From positions 33,320-97,319 of IMG/VR virus record IMGVR_UViG_3300006752_006525: a DNA stretch of 64,000 nt, one strand, 5' to 3'. The notes under the pieces were generated by a model. That model had not been told where the DNA came from. It saw nothing but the letters and a program-made list of their open reading frames with translations, and made no database searches. Source of the stretch: a virus. Made by a program: the position numbers and the translations under genes. Below, piece by piece: positions 1 to 11,900 of this stretch. How positions within the stretch are numbered: position 1 is the first letter of the stretch; each line of letters opens with the position of its first letter.

Positions 1-1728
1 TTTACAACTAACCTCAATGAAGAAGCCAAGAGCAGTAAGATTGATCCACTGATTGGTAGACATGAAGAAGTCAGCGACCTAGTACACATTCTTGCAAGAC
101 GTAAGAAAAATAATTGTGTAATGGTTGGTGAGCCTGGTACAGGTAAGACTGCTATTGCAGAAGGACTTGCTAAGAAGATTGTTGATGGAGAAGTACCTAA
201 AACTCTCAAGAACAAAGTGGTATACAGTTTAGACTTGGGTGCTATGTTAGCAGGTACTAGATACAGAGGTGACTTTGAAGAACGTATTAAAGGAGTACTT
301 AATGTACTAGAAGCAGACCCAAATGCCATATTGTTTATTGATGAGATACACATGATTATGGGAGCAGGTGCAGGTGGACAAGGTAATGTCGATGCCGCTA
401 ATTTGCTAAAGCCTGTGTTAGGCAGAGGCACAATGCTTACAATAGGTGCTACAACACCAGACGAGTTTGCAGATACTTTTGAGAAGGATAGAGCATTACT
501 TAGACGTTTTGCAAGACTAGACATTGAAGAAACTTCTGTAGAGGACACAAAACTAATTGTACTTGGATTGAAAAAGTATTACGAAGACTTCCATTGTGTT
601 ACATACAACAACGAATTATTAGAACGCAGTGTTGATTTAGTTGACAGGTATCACAAAACAAAACACTTCCCAGACAAAGCAATTGATGTTATCGATGCCG
701 CTGGAGCCGCTGTTAAGTTGCGTGATGAAACACTAGTACAGATGTCAGACTTTGTGAAAGTAATTGCTAAAGTAAGTAAAATTGGTGAAGATGTTATTGA
801 CACTGAAAGCACAAATGCATACAAAGATTTAGATGACAGAATTAAAAATACTGTTTATGGACAAAACGAGGCTGTAGATAAAATTGTAGAAGCCATTCTT
901 GTAAGTAAATCAGGATTGAGAGAACCTCACAAACCAATTGGCAGTTTCTTGTTTGTAGGTCCAACTGGCACAGGTAAAACAGAAACAGCAAGAGCACTGG
1001 CAAAAGAGTTACAGGCAAAACTGGTCAAGTTTGATATGAGTGAATATCAAGAGAGACACAGTGTTGCTAAATTGATTGGTGCTCCTCCTGGATATGTTGG
1101 ACATGCTGAAGGTAAGATGGGACAAGGACAACTTATTGCCGCAGTAGAAGATTCACCTAATTGTGTGTTGCTGTTAGACGAAGTAGAAAAAGCCGCACCA
1201 CAGGTATTGCAAGTATTGTTACAAGTAATGGACGATGGTAAACTTACTGGCAGTATGGGCAAAGAAGTAGACTTCAGTAATGTAGTATTATTAATGACTT
1301 CTAACTTAGGTGCCGCAGAAGCAGAATCTAAAAAGATTGGGTTTGGTGATCAAACAAAAACAAAAGCAGTTGACAAGGCTGTAGAAAAATTCTTTACACC
1401 AGAGTTTAGAAACAGATTGGATTCTGTTGTTAAATTTAACAAACTAGAACCTGAGCAAATGTTACTGATCGTAGATAGATTGCTCAAAGAGACAAACGAA
1501 CTACTACAAACAAACAATTCAACTGTGAGTATTTCGTTAACTGAAAGTGCTAGACAACAATTATCTTTAGATGGTTATGAACCAAGCATGGGTGCAAGAC
1601 CGTTGAAGAGAATATTTGAAGAGAAAATTAAAAAGCCTTTAAGTAAAAAGATATTGTTCGAAGACTTGGAAAATATTACTATCACAGTTGATTGGAATGA
1701 AAGTGAAACCTACTATTTCAACACATGA
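1..1728 (+). CDS. clpA: ClpA-like Clp protease ATP-binding subunit (5' truncated by window)
   Basis: Frame is open from base 1 (…IDPLIGRHEE…LARRKKNN). Two AAA+ modules: GEPGTGKT/LFIDEIH and GPTGTGKT/LLLDEVEK. DMSEY..HSVAKLIGAPPGYVG motif. IGF ClpP-docking loop (KKIGFG). No ClpB middle coiled coil. Confidence 0.92.
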   Translation, partial: FTTNLNEEAKSSKIDPLIGRHEEVSDLVHILARRKKNNCVMVGEPGTGKTAIAEGLAKKIVDGEVPKTLKNKVVYSLDLGAMLAGTRYRGDFEERIKGVLNVLEADPNAILFIDEIHMIMGAGAGGQGNVDAANLLKPVLGRGTMLTIGATTPDEFADTFEKDRALLRRFARLDIEETSVEDTKLIVLGLKKYYEDFHCVTYNNELLERSVDLVDRYHKTKHFPDKAIDVIDAAGAAVKLRDETLVQMSDFVKVIAKVSKIGEDVIDTESTNAYKDLDDRIKNTVYGQNEAVDKIVEAILVSKSGLREPHKPIGSFLFVGPTGTGKTETARALAKELQAKLVKFDMSEYQERHSVAKLIGAPPGYVGHAEGKMGQGQLIAAVEDSPNCVLLLDEVEKAAPQVLQVLLQVMDDGKLTGSMGKEVDFSNVVLLMTSNLGAAEAESKKIGFGDQTKTKAVDKAVEKFFTPEFRNRLDSVVKFNKLEPEQMLLIVDRLLKETNELLQTNNSTVSISLTESARQQLSLDGYEPSMGARPLKRIFEEKIKKPLSKKILFEDLENITITVDWNESETYYFNT

Positions 1729-2362
1729 CATTAAACTGCTTGATGAGAAAAAATACAAAAAGTTTTTATTAGTCCCAAGTTCTAGAGTTTATTACGGCAG
1801 TAAACCTTATAAAGTATCTATAAACGTACTGAAAGACTCAGACGAACTAATAGGTAACAGTCGACGATATCACTGGTGGGCATGGCAGGATTTGATCAAA
1901 GTCATGTGTCTGAATCATGATATCACTGTGAGAACACAGGGCAGATTTCCAAACATGTATCTATTCTTTTCTCATAGAGAAGGCGTAGATCTCTGTATCA
2001 AAAACTATTCTACTAGAATAAATTTTATAGAAGGGCCATTAAGTGATGATCACTTAGAAAAAATATCTGGCCGTAATGATATAATTGTTAGAAGAAATCT
2101 GTTCTACAATCAATATCCAATGAAAGTGAATTGCTGGATGCCCTGGGGTTACGGTAATTATTACAATAGACAAAACGCAGTCAATGAAGTCAGAGAGTAT
2201 GTGAAAGACAATATAGGTTCTGGTAGATTATCAAGTTCCAGATGGAAAGCATCGTTTTTTGCTTCTCCAGATGAGATAAGCGATATCATTCCATTTATTA
2301 AACTTCAGTGGCCTTCACTGAGAATAGAGTACACAGAAATCTATTATCCTGACTCTTTGTGA
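1688..2362 (+). CDS. hypothetical protein (true start probably ATG 1697)
   Basis: 224-codon ORF in gene-dense context; no recognisable motif. Confidence 0.6.
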   Translation: MIGMKVKPTISTHDIKLLDEKKYKKFLLVPSSRVYYGSKPYKVSINVLKDSDELIGNSRRYHWWAWQDLIKVMCLNHDITVRTQGRFPNMYLFFSHREGVDLCIKNYSTRINFIEGPLSDDHLEKISGRNDIIVRRNLFYNQYPMKVNCWMPWGYGNYYNRQNAVNEVREYVKDNIGSGRLSSSRWKASFFASPDEISDIIPFIKLQWPSLRIEYTEIYYPDSL

Positions 2363-2368
2363 TAAATA
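2361..2368 (+). promoter_or_regulatory. T4-like late promoter GATAAATA
   Basis: TAAATA core about 20 nt before an AGGAG RBS and ATG 2388; the motif recurs before structural genes. Confidence 0.65.
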
Positions 2369-2387
2369 GTTACACAAGGAGACACAG

Positions 2388-2552
2388 ATGGCAAAAATAG
2401 TAAGTGAAGCAGTTGTAATTGAAATTAGCAGAATTGCTAAGGAAGATGAGCATTTAGAAACTGCTATCAATGAAGAGATTACTGCTACCATTGAGCAAGT
2501 TGTACAACAACTTGTAGGTGATAGTGCAGTAGTAGAAGTTAAAAACGGATAA
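2388..2552 (+). CDS. small acidic hypothetical protein, 54 aa (MAKIVSEAVVIEIS…VEVKNG), not in ORF track
   Basis: AGGAG RBS, late promoter, fills the gap to the ORF at 2556. Confidence 0.75.
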   Translation: MAKIVSEAVVIEISRIAKEDEHLETAINEEITATIEQVVQQLVGDSAVVEVKNG

Positions 2553-2555
2553 GAT

Positions 2556-2969
2556 ATGCCTATTAATAGACGAAGTATTATACTAATGAGTGCCAGTGGC
2601 ACAGAGATGAATCAGTATTCAGACACTGTGAAAGGTGATAGTTACTATGGCTACACTGACGGATACCACACAATTCAAGTAACATACGATCAATTTATAG
2701 GTAGATTGCGAGTACAAGCAACTCTAATGCTAGAGCCAACTGACGACGATTGGTTTGATTTAGTACCTTCCGAGTCAACAGGCACTACATTTAATCCATT
2801 AGGTTACATTCAATACAACGCAAATGACCCAGCAAGTAAGTCAGAAGCATACTCCTTCAAAGGAAATTACGCCTATATACGTATCTACATGGACAGAGAG
2901 CATGTAGGTGACGGCGAAACCTACGATACCTCATACGGACAAGTTAGTCGAATAGTCTTATCTAGTTAA
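2556..2969 (+). CDS. hypothetical protein, probable virion structural (beta-rich)
   Basis: Late operon position next to large structural genes. Confidence 0.6.
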   Translation: MPINRRSIILMSASGTEMNQYSDTVKGDSYYGYTDGYHTIQVTYDQFIGRLRVQATLMLEPTDDDWFDLVPSESTGTTFNPLGYIQYNANDPASKSEAYSFKGNYAYIRIYMDREHVGDGETYDTSYGQVSRIVLSS

Positions 2970-2972
2970 AGT

Positions 2973-2980
2973 GATAAATA
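2973..2980 (+). promoter_or_regulatory. late promoter GATAAATA
   Basis: Intergenic TAAATA upstream of the 3015 fibre gene. Confidence 0.65.
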
Positions 2981-3014
2981 GTTGTAATATCACTTAAACT
3001 GAGATAGGACATAT

Positions 3015-6000
3015 ATGGCGGCTAATACATTTGTAGAATTAAACGATACCCCTTCTAATTACACTGGTTCAGGTAATAAGTTCCTTGTGGTTAAAGGCGA
3101 CGAGTCGGCTCTTAACTTTACAAACATATCATTAGAAAAAGTCAGCGATGTAAATGTTACAGGTGCATACGTTCCTGTTGGTGGCCAAGTATTACAATAT
3201 AGTTCAGCCGCTAATGAATGGCGAGCAATGGACAATGATCCTTACAGTTTTGGTGCAGGTTTATTAAAGTCAGGCGGTACCATCGATGTTATTGCAAGTG
3301 GTGGTCTAGTTTCAAATGCGTCTGGTGTATATATCCAGGACATAGCAAATGTTGCAGGAACATACGGCAACTCATCAGCAGTCCCTCAGTTTACAGTTAA
3401 TACCAAAGGTCAAATCACAGCAGTAGATTTAGTTGACATTGGTGTTCCTAGTGCAGACGAACTTACAGCAGATTATGTAGGCAACGTTGCAGGCACATCA
3501 GGGCAAATTCGTGTAACAGGTGGCACAGGTAATAATTCAAATGCCACAATAGACTTAGTAGCAACAGGTGTAACAGCCGCAGTATATGGTAATGCTACAC
3601 ATGCTCCTCAAATAACAGTTGACACTTACGGTAGAATATCAAATGTAACAGAGATTGAATTATCAGCAGGTGACGGAAATAGTGTTGCAGGGCTAGGGTA
3701 CAGCAGTATTGCAGTATCTGGACAGACAACTATTGCCGCAGACAAAGTTGAAGATGACTTAACTTTTGTTGCTGGTGATGGCATGTTGATTTCAACTGAT
3801 GCTTCAAATGATTCAATTACATTTAGTATCACAGGAAGTGTAGTAGCAGATGATATTGCACTTGGTCAAATATCAGATGTAAGTATTGGCAGTATCAGTG
3901 ACGGACAAGTTATTAAATGGGATAGTGCAAACAATCAATTTGTACCTCATACATTAGTTGACAACGGTATACTATTAACAGATTTAAGTGGCACCAATGG
4001 TGTTAGTTACGATAACACATCAGGTGAGATATCTTTAGCAACCTCTGGTGCAGTAGCAGGAACATACGGCAATTTATCAAATGTTGCTCAAGTCACAGTA
4101 AATGATAAAGGTATTGTAACAAATATAACAAACGTAAGTTTGTCCACAGGTGTTACTGCAGGTACATATGGTAATGCAACATTAACACCTTCATTTACTA
4201 TTGATGCATCAGGACGTATCACTGACATTGAAGAAGTAAGCAGTGCCAGTTATATTCAAAGTTTAAGTTGGAATACAGCCAACGATGAATTAAGTTTAAG
4301 TGGCGGTGGCAACACAGTTGATTTATCAACATTAAGAAATCCAAGTTTCAGAGGTGTAACAGGACCAGGACAACCTTTAATACTCGCAGAGAATGTAGAA
4401 GACACACTTAATTTTGAGGGTGGCACTGGTATCAGTGTTACAATTAATAGTGTAACTGACACAGTAACAATCAGTGCAACAGGCGATGCGGCTGAAGCAG
4501 ATTTAAGTAACAGCAGTATTTCAGGATTGAGTGATGTGGGTGCAATAGGTGCAATCACAGACGGACAGGCTCTTGTATGGAATGCAAGTTCAGGTGAGTT
4601 CCAGCCAGGCACAGTTGCAGGCAGTTATGGTAATGCCACAGTACAAGCATATTTAGATGCTCAAGGTTACAGCACTACTGATAACGACAGTCAAACATTA
4701 AGTTGGAATGCTGGTTCAAACTCATTGAGTATATCAGGTGGTAACAGTGTTGATCTAAGTGTATTATTAGATAACGTAGATTCACAGGCAATAAGTTTAT
4801 CAGGCAATGTAATTAGTATCACAGGCGATGCTTCAACTGTAGACTTAGGTCCATTGCTAGGCAGTGTTGACAGCAATTATGGTGACAGTAATGTATCAGC
4901 ATATTTGTCAGCACAAGGATACGCAACACAATCTACAATAGTAGCGGCAATAACTGACAGTGCTCCAAGTACGTTAGATACATTAAATGAATTAGCGGCC
5001 GCACTTGGTGACGATCCTAACTTTGCAACCACAACAACAAATGCTATTGCTCTTAAAGCAAACTCAGCAGATTTAGCCACAGTTGCTACAAGTGGTGATT
5101 ATACAGATTTAACAAATAGACCTACAATAGCATTAAGCGGTAGTGACTTATCATATGATGGTACTACATTAGACTTATCAGGTGTAGGCGCAGTAGGACC
5201 TCAGGGTAACATAGGACCAACAGGTGCTACTGGTAATGGAATAACAAACGCAACTGTTAGCAGTGGCGATTTAATTCTAACATATTCAAATACTTCAGTT
5301 CAAAACTTAGGCGACATTACTGGCCCAACTGGTGCAACAGGTCCACAGGGTATACAAGGTAATACAGGACCTACTGGTGCAACAGGACCTCAAGGTGCAA
5401 CAGGACCAGCGGGTGCAGATGGCAGTGATGGAGCAGACGGCAGTAACGGAACGGACGGTGTAGGTGTAACCAACGTAAATTTAGTTGGTGGCAACTTGAT
5501 GTTTACATATTCAAATGTAAGCACACAAGACGTTGGTAATATACAAGGTCCAACAGGTGCTCAAGGACCTGCTGGTAATGACGGAGCCGACGGAGCAGAT
5601 GGTACAAGTATCAGCAGTGGTAGTGTTACAAATGGTGTAATTACTCTCACAATGAGTGATAGCAGTACAATTAATGTATCAGGTAACGTTGAAGGAGCAG
5701 TGGGTGCTACAGGTGCTACTGGACCACAAGGTGTTCAGGGTCCTGCAGGTGCTGACGGAAGTGATGGTGCTACTGGTCCACAGGGTGCTGGCTTAAATGA
5801 TGTAAGTGTTACATCAGCAAGTGCAAGTGGTTCAGGTAGTTTAGCATACAACAGCGGTACTGGTGTATTTACATTTACTCCACCAGACCTAAGTTCATAC
5901 TTAACAAGCGAAACTGATAGTCAAACTTTAACATTAAATAGCACAGCCGGGCAACTGGCAATATCAAGTGGTAACAATGTTGATTTAAGACAAACACAGT

Positions 6001-6842
6001 TCTTATATTCAGCATTAAGTGATTTGCCAAGTGCAAGTTCATATCATGGTGCTATTGCTCATGTACATGCAGAAGGTGCAATGTACTTTGCACACGCCGG
6101 CAACTGGGTTGAACTAGCCAATGCTAGTGATTTATCAACTAACACAGATGCTCAAACATTAAGTTTATCAGGTAACACTGTCACAATCAGTGGTAGTGGT
6201 AGCTCAGTAGACTTAACGCCTATACTAGGAACAAGCGGCGGCGGAGGCGGCATAGCCTTAACAGATTTATCAGCCACAGATGGCGTAGAATATAGCAACG
6301 TAACTGGTGTATTTAATCTAACTGACACAGGTGTAAGTGCTGGCACTTACGGTAGCAGTACACTTGTACCACGAATAACAGTAGATGCCAAGGGTAGAGT
6401 CACATCGGTTACCACTCAAGCAGTAAGTGGCGGAGGTGGCGGTGGCGGATCGGGTGCCACTGTAGAAAGATTCAAATTAAACTACACATCTGCAGGCGCT
6501 CTTGACAGCATCACAGATACCACAGGAGGTATCAGCAGTGTGAGTATTGACAGTGCATCGGGTGGTGATGTCACAGTCGCATTCACAGGATATAATTTCC
6601 CTCCAGCATCTATTATGATATATGGTTATGTGTATGCAAGTAACAAATATCAAATCGCTCCTCTAGAATCATCTATGGGATTGAGAGAAGTTGCAGGCGG
6701 TGGTTCAACAGGTGCACCAAGTTTGTTTGGTGGCATGGGTGTTCCAACAACTAAACTCAGATTACGTGAAGCAGAAACAGGCGCAAGTAGAGGTTTTGGT
6801 ACAACTACACATGCTTGGGTTCAGTTTGTAATGTATGATTAA
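3015..6842 (+). CDS. long tail-fibre-like virion protein with collagen-like segments, 1275 aa
   Basis: Repeated AGTYG…P.(I/F)TVD.KGR.T units. Tail-fibre motif APSTLDTLNELAAALGDDPNFATT. G-X-Y collagen runs (GPTGATGPQG). G/S/T-rich. Confidence 0.8.
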   Translation: MAANTFVELNDTPSNYTGSGNKFLVVKGDESALNFTNISLEKVSDVNVTGAYVPVGGQVLQYSSAANEWRAMDNDPYSFGAGLLKSGGTIDVIASGGLVSNASGVYIQDIANVAGTYGNSSAVPQFTVNTKGQITAVDLVDIGVPSADELTADYVGNVAGTSGQIRVTGGTGNNSNATIDLVATGVTAAVYGNATHAPQITVDTYGRISNVTEIELSAGDGNSVAGLGYSSIAVSGQTTIAADKVEDDLTFVAGDGMLISTDASNDSITFSITGSVVADDIALGQISDVSIGSISDGQVIKWDSANNQFVPHTLVDNGILLTDLSGTNGVSYDNTSGEISLATSGAVAGTYGNLSNVAQVTVNDKGIVTNITNVSLSTGVTAGTYGNATLTPSFTIDASGRITDIEEVSSASYIQSLSWNTANDELSLSGGGNTVDLSTLRNPSFRGVTGPGQPLILAENVEDTLNFEGGTGISVTINSVTDTVTISATGDAAEADLSNSSISGLSDVGAIGAITDGQALVWNASSGEFQPGTVAGSYGNATVQAYLDAQGYSTTDNDSQTLSWNAGSNSLSISGGNSVDLSVLLDNVDSQAISLSGNVISITGDASTVDLGPLLGSVDSNYGDSNVSAYLSAQGYATQSTIVAAITDSAPSTLDTLNELAAALGDDPNFATTTTNAIALKANSADLATVATSGDYTDLTNRPTIALSGSDLSYDGTTLDLSGVGAVGPQGNIGPTGATGNGITNATVSSGDLILTYSNTSVQNLGDITGPTGATGPQGIQGNTGPTGATGPQGATGPAGADGSDGADGSNGTDGVGVTNVNLVGGNLMFTYSNVSTQDVGNIQGPTGAQGPAGNDGADGADGTSISSGSVTNGVITLTMSDSSTINVSGNVEGAVGATGATGPQGVQGPAGADGSDGATGPQGAGLNDVSVTSASASGSGSLAYNSGTGVFTFTPPDLSSYLTSETDSQTLTLNSTAGQLAISSGNNVDLRQTQFLYSALSDLPSASSYHGAIAHVHAEGAMYFAHAGNWVELANASDLSTNTDAQTLSLSGNTVTISGSGSSVDLTPILGTSGGGGGIALTDLSATDGVEYSNVTGVFNLTDTGVSAGTYGSSTLVPRITVDAKGRVTSVTTQAVSGGGGGGGSGATVERFKLNYTSAGALDSITDTTGGISSVSIDSASGGDVTVAFTGYNFPPASIMIYGYVYASNKYQIAPLESSMGLREVAGGGSTGAPSLFGGMGVPTTKLRLREAETGASRGFGTTTHAWVQFVMYD
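5188..5790 (+). repeat. interrupted collagen-like Gly-X-Y coding repeats
   Basis: Several GPQG/GATG/GADG triplet runs separated by ~25-aa beta-type spacers; boundaries approximate. Confidence 0.8.
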
Positions 6843-6854
6843 TAGGAGATTTGC

Positions 6855-8888
6855 GTGGCTTTGATTAACTACAAGTCTAGTCAAATTAAACTTAACTATC
6901 CAAATAAAGTATTGGCAGTTAATGTAACAAGCATTGCTGGTAGAGACTACTGGCAACATGCCAACGGTTCCAGCGACCCTTGGTACTCAGGTTCAAGTTC
7001 TCCAAAGTATTATCGTTGGGAAATCACATTCACTGTAACTGCACAAGGACACGGTTCTCACTTAACCAGAGATGATAGAACATACAACGGTTTAGATATT
7101 GTTGTAGGTGATTGGGTAGGCAGTGCAACAGCAGGTATTTGTTGTAAAGTAATCAGCATCACAAGTAAAACTTCCACAGAAGTAAGTTGTATTGTAGAAG
7201 ATTGGTTACGTTATAATACTTTTGCAAACTCCACAGGTAATGGTATATTTGGTTTAGGTTCAGCCGCAGTGTTCTCATTGAATGAGAATGGTGTGCCAAT
7301 GCTTGATCCTCTACCAACCACAGTATCCAGTTCATTCTATGCAACTGTGATGAGTAGATTCCAATACTTAAATCCGCAAACAAACTATGTGTTAGAACAA
7401 ACAGCACACGGTTTTGACAAAGGTGATGTTGTAGTAGTTACCAGTAGTGGATTCTCAAAAGCAAATTCAACTACATTAAGTAAAAGTATTGGTGTGGTAA
7501 CAGAGCCTGGTCCAGGACCAGATCAGTTTATGATATTACCTAACAACAGGATCATTGACTTTGAACCACGCATACCAGGAACACAAGGCCAATATGTTTA
7601 TGTAGACACTGATGGTGACTTAACAACCAGCGAAACAGATGCCCCAACATTTTTAGTTATACAACCTGCAATAGAAACTTTACTAGAAGGTGACCAAGAT
7701 GGTCCTGAGATACCTCATGGACATACTGTAACAATAAATGGTTACGACACAGTTATCAGTGCAGGAGCAGGTTCAGGTAATGCAAACGTAAGTGAAATAG
7801 TTTCAAGCATTAACAGTCACACTGCAAATCATAATGTTGTAGCAAGTACAGTTGCAACAAAGACTGTGATAAATTCAGACCCAAGTGGTACAGTGTACGG
7901 ACTCGTAGGTGGCTTTACGCCATTCAGTGCCGCAATAGATAGTGGTAGTGGTAACACAACAATTAATTTTACAACCAATGCCGCAGGTCAAGCCGCATAC
8001 AGTCAAGCAGTTGCTATTCCACAAGACATGGCAACAGACATTAATGCCGCTGGTATTGCAAACTTAACTGCTACATATAATTCAGGTACATTAACATTAA
8101 CAGAAACAAATGGTAATGCTGTTACTATAGTTAATGTAACCAATGATTCTAACAATAATCCTTATGTTGGTGCTGGTAATATATCAGGTTTGCCAGCAAG
8201 TGTAGCCGCACCTGGAACAGAACGTATTAATCTCACACGCAGTGACGGTGGTGAGATATTAATTTTTGAAAGCACAGAATTCTTTAGAGTGAACACAGGT
8301 ATTGCAAGTGGACACACAGGAATGTATCCATTAGCACTCAACGTTGAACAAGGTATCAGAGGTGGTACTGTTAAAGTGGTTGCAGATGTCAGTGCAAGAA
8401 ATGCATTGAATGCACAGGTTGGTGACCAGGCACATGTATTAAGTGCCGACGATGGTGAATGGGCACTGTACTTATATGATGGTTCAAGTTGGGTTAAGAT
8501 ATCTGACAGAGATAGCAGTACAACAGATGCTAGAACACTCACAACAACATTCACAATGCCAGTGGGTGGCTTTGGTGTTAGCACAACAAACTTACTTGGT
8601 AACATATCACCCGGTGGTAAAATTGTTAGTGTTGCTGTAGAAATTAACACAACATTCTCAGGACACAGTGGTGGTGAACCAAACATTGAAGTTGGTACAC
8701 TAGCAGACCCAGATGTGTATTGTGACTCACCAAGTAATGACTTAACTGAAAGTGCAGGTGACACTTTCTTATGTCAACCAGAGTATGTGTGGCCTTCAAC
8801 ACAGACACAAGATTTAGAAGTGAGAGCACGTTGTAATCACTACAATGCAAGTGCTGGAAGTGTCACTGTCATATTAACATACGTTTAA
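6855..8888 (+). CDS. virion structural protein, 677 aa (GTG start)
   Basis: AGGAG RBS, cotranscribed with the fibre gene, T/S/G-rich beta-type sequence. Confidence 0.7.
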   Translation: MALINYKSSQIKLNYPNKVLAVNVTSIAGRDYWQHANGSSDPWYSGSSSPKYYRWEITFTVTAQGHGSHLTRDDRTYNGLDIVVGDWVGSATAGICCKVISITSKTSTEVSCIVEDWLRYNTFANSTGNGIFGLGSAAVFSLNENGVPMLDPLPTTVSSSFYATVMSRFQYLNPQTNYVLEQTAHGFDKGDVVVVTSSGFSKANSTTLSKSIGVVTEPGPGPDQFMILPNNRIIDFEPRIPGTQGQYVYVDTDGDLTTSETDAPTFLVIQPAIETLLEGDQDGPEIPHGHTVTINGYDTVISAGAGSGNANVSEIVSSINSHTANHNVVASTVATKTVINSDPSGTVYGLVGGFTPFSAAIDSGSGNTTINFTTNAAGQAAYSQAVAIPQDMATDINAAGIANLTATYNSGTLTLTETNGNAVTIVNVTNDSNNNPYVGAGNISGLPASVAAPGTERINLTRSDGGEILIFESTEFFRVNTGIASGHTGMYPLALNVEQGIRGGTVKVVADVSARNALNAQVGDQAHVLSADDGEWALYLYDGSSWVKISDRDSSTTDARTLTTTFTMPVGGFGVSTTNLLGNISPGGKIVSVAVEINTTFSGHSGGEPNIEVGTLADPDVYCDSPSNDLTESAGDTFLCQPEYVWPSTQTQDLEVRARCNHYNASAGSVTVILTYV

Positions 8889-8906
8889 TACTTTTCCCTT
8901 AATTTA

Positions 8907-8914
8907 GATAAATA
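8907..8914 (+). promoter_or_regulatory. late promoter GATAAATA
   Basis: Intergenic TAAATA upstream of the 8989 gene. Confidence 0.6.
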
Positions 8915-8988
8915 TACATAACGTTTAGCTCTTATGGCTGGATGTTATCGATAACACGCAAAAAATACGTATTATATAGGAGATATAA

Positions 8989-11900
8989 ATGGCTGACATT
9001 AAGAACTTTGGTATAAAGGGTCTATCGTCAGACGTCCAACTCGGTAAGGGTGGCGGTAAAGTCAAATATGATTCTAGTAATAACAGATTCGACCTCACGC
9101 AGTCGGATGGTTCAACACTAGAAAATTTAAGACTTGGCGCGATCACTGCAGGTGCATGGACGGCAACAGCAATTGGTACGCAATATGGTGGTTTAGGACT
9201 TGACGGTTCCTCTTCAACTGGTATTGCAACGTTCTCATCTGGTACGGCTAGTATTGGTACAATCGATCTAAGCGATTCAGGCTTAGTTGATGCATCTTCG
9301 CAACTTCCAGTTGCACAAGGTGGTACTGGTGCAAGTACAGCAGGTGGAGCAAGAACTAACTTAGGGTTAGGTTCAATTGCAACGCAAGACTCAAACAATG
9401 TTGCTATTACAGGTGGTGCTTTAGATAGCACCGTCATCGGCGGTAGTACGGCGGCGGCAGGTAGTTTCACAACTATTAATGCTTCCGGTGCAATCACAGG
9501 TAACTTAACAGGTACAGCAGATGATGCTGATGGCCTATCAAGTGCTGTTACAGTTGGTCTTTCAGGAGACGCAACAGGTACAGCAACTTTTCAAGATGCT
9601 GGTGATACCGCAACAATTTCCACAACTTTAGCCACTGTTAACAGTGATGTAGGATCATATGGTAGTTCAACTGCTATTCCTGTACTCACAGTTAATGCTA
9701 AAGGTTTAGTTACAGCAGTAAGTACTGCTAGTATCTCAACAAGTTGGACAATTAGCGATGGCTCAAACACTTCTTCAATTGACGGTGGCGATACTTTAAC
9801 GGTATCAGGTACTGCAAACGAAGTAGATGTTGTTGTAAGCGGCGACTCATTAACAATCGGTTTACCTAACGATGTAACAATAGGTAACAACTTGACAGTA
9901 ACTGGTTCATTCCTTTCGGATGACATTACAGCGGCACAGGTAAGTGTTGCAGGTGATGCAGTTATTACAGGTAACTTAACAGTACAAGGAACTCAAACAA
10001 CAGTTAATTCGACAACAGTTGAAACTGCTGATGCAATTTTCCGTGTAAACAGTAATGGTACAACAGGTACTGACGTAGGTTTCGAAGCCAACGTTGGTGG
10101 CACTGCAAAGCAAATTGTTTATACAGGTGCTGGTAGTAAGTGGAGTGTAGGCTCCGAAACTTTTGTAGCGGCAACGTTCGAAGGTGATGTAACTGGTGAT
10201 GTAACTGGTGATGTAACAGGTAATGTTACAGGTAACTTAACTGGTGATGTAACTGGTGATGTAACTGGTGATGTAACTGGTAATGCAGATACAGCAACAA
10301 CTTTAGCGAATGCTAGAACAATAACAATAGACGGTGATGTAGATGCAACTGCTACTGCTTTTGATGGTAGTCAGAACATTACATTAACAACTACACTTGA
10401 TAACACAGGTGTTACAGCGGCTAGTTATGGTTCTGCTTCACTAGTTCCAGTATTAACTATTGATGCAAAAGGACGAGTAACATCTGCTAGTACAGCGGCT
10501 ATTACAACTTCTTTCACATTAGCAGGTGATACAGGTACGCAACTTGTTGAAGGTGGAGACACAGCAACAATAGCAGGTGGTACTAACATCACTACAGTAG
10601 CAAGTGCAACTGATACTTTAACAGTTAATCTAGATCCAAATATTAGTTTAACAAACGTTACTACATCAGGTGGCATTTTCACTGATGACATCTACGAGCA
10701 AACTACTAATGCAGGTATTACTTTTGGACATGACGTCAATGGTGGTGCGGCAACATTTAGTGGTACAGTAACTGGTGGTACATTAACTGACGGCACATTA
10801 AGTGCTTCAAGTGGTGCAATCACAGGTGCTACAACAATCACTGCAAGTGGTGCAATCACTGGTGGTAGTTTAACAGACGGTACTGCTACATTAAGTAGTG
10901 GTGCATTAACAGGTGCAACTAACGGTACATTTAGTGGTACAGTAACTGGTGGTACATTAACTGATGGCACATTAAGTGCAAGTTCAGGTGCTATTACAGG
11001 TGCTACAAATATCACAGCAAGTGGTACTGTTCAGTATGGTTCATTAAGTGATGGTTCAATCACAGTTACTGGTTTTGTCGATGAAGACAACATGGCTAGT
11101 GACAGTGCAACACTTATCCCAACGCAACAATCTGTTAAAGCATACGTCGACGCAGTTGCAACAGCGGCTGACTTAGACTTCCAAGGTGATGACGCAACTG
11201 CTTTAAGTATTGATCTTGATAGTGAAGTACTTACAATCGCAGGTGGAACTGGTCTAACAACAGCAGGTAGTGGTAACACTCTTACTGTTAACTTAGACAA
11301 CACAGCAGTAAGTGCTGGATCATATGGTAGTTCAACTGCTATTCCAACATTTACAGTTGATGCACAAGGACGTATTACAAATGCCTCTACAGCGGCAATT
11401 AGTACTTCTTGGACATTAAGTGATGGTTCCAATACACAAACTATCGATGGTGGTGATACTTTAACAGTATCAGGTACTACTGGCGAAGTTGATGTAGCGG
11501 TTAGTGCAACAGATACATTAACAATTGGTTTACCAAGCGATGTAACAATCGGTAATGACTTAACAGTTACTAACGACTTAACAGTATCAGGTACACTTAA
11601 CTCGGATGATATTACATCTGCAACAGTTAGTGTGTCAGGTGATGCAGTTATTTCTGGTAACTTAACAGTTAACGGTACACAAACTATTGTTAATTCAACA
11701 ACAGTTCAAACAGAAGATGCTATCTTCAGAACAAACAGTGGCGGTGCTAATACTGATGCTGGTTTTGAAGCAAACACAGCAAGTGGTGTAAAACAAATTC
11801 TTTACACAGCGGCTGGTACAGAATGGGACTTCGGTTCTGAGAATGTAAAAGCAAGTACGTTTGAAGGTAACTTAACAGGTGACGTAACAGGTGACACAAC

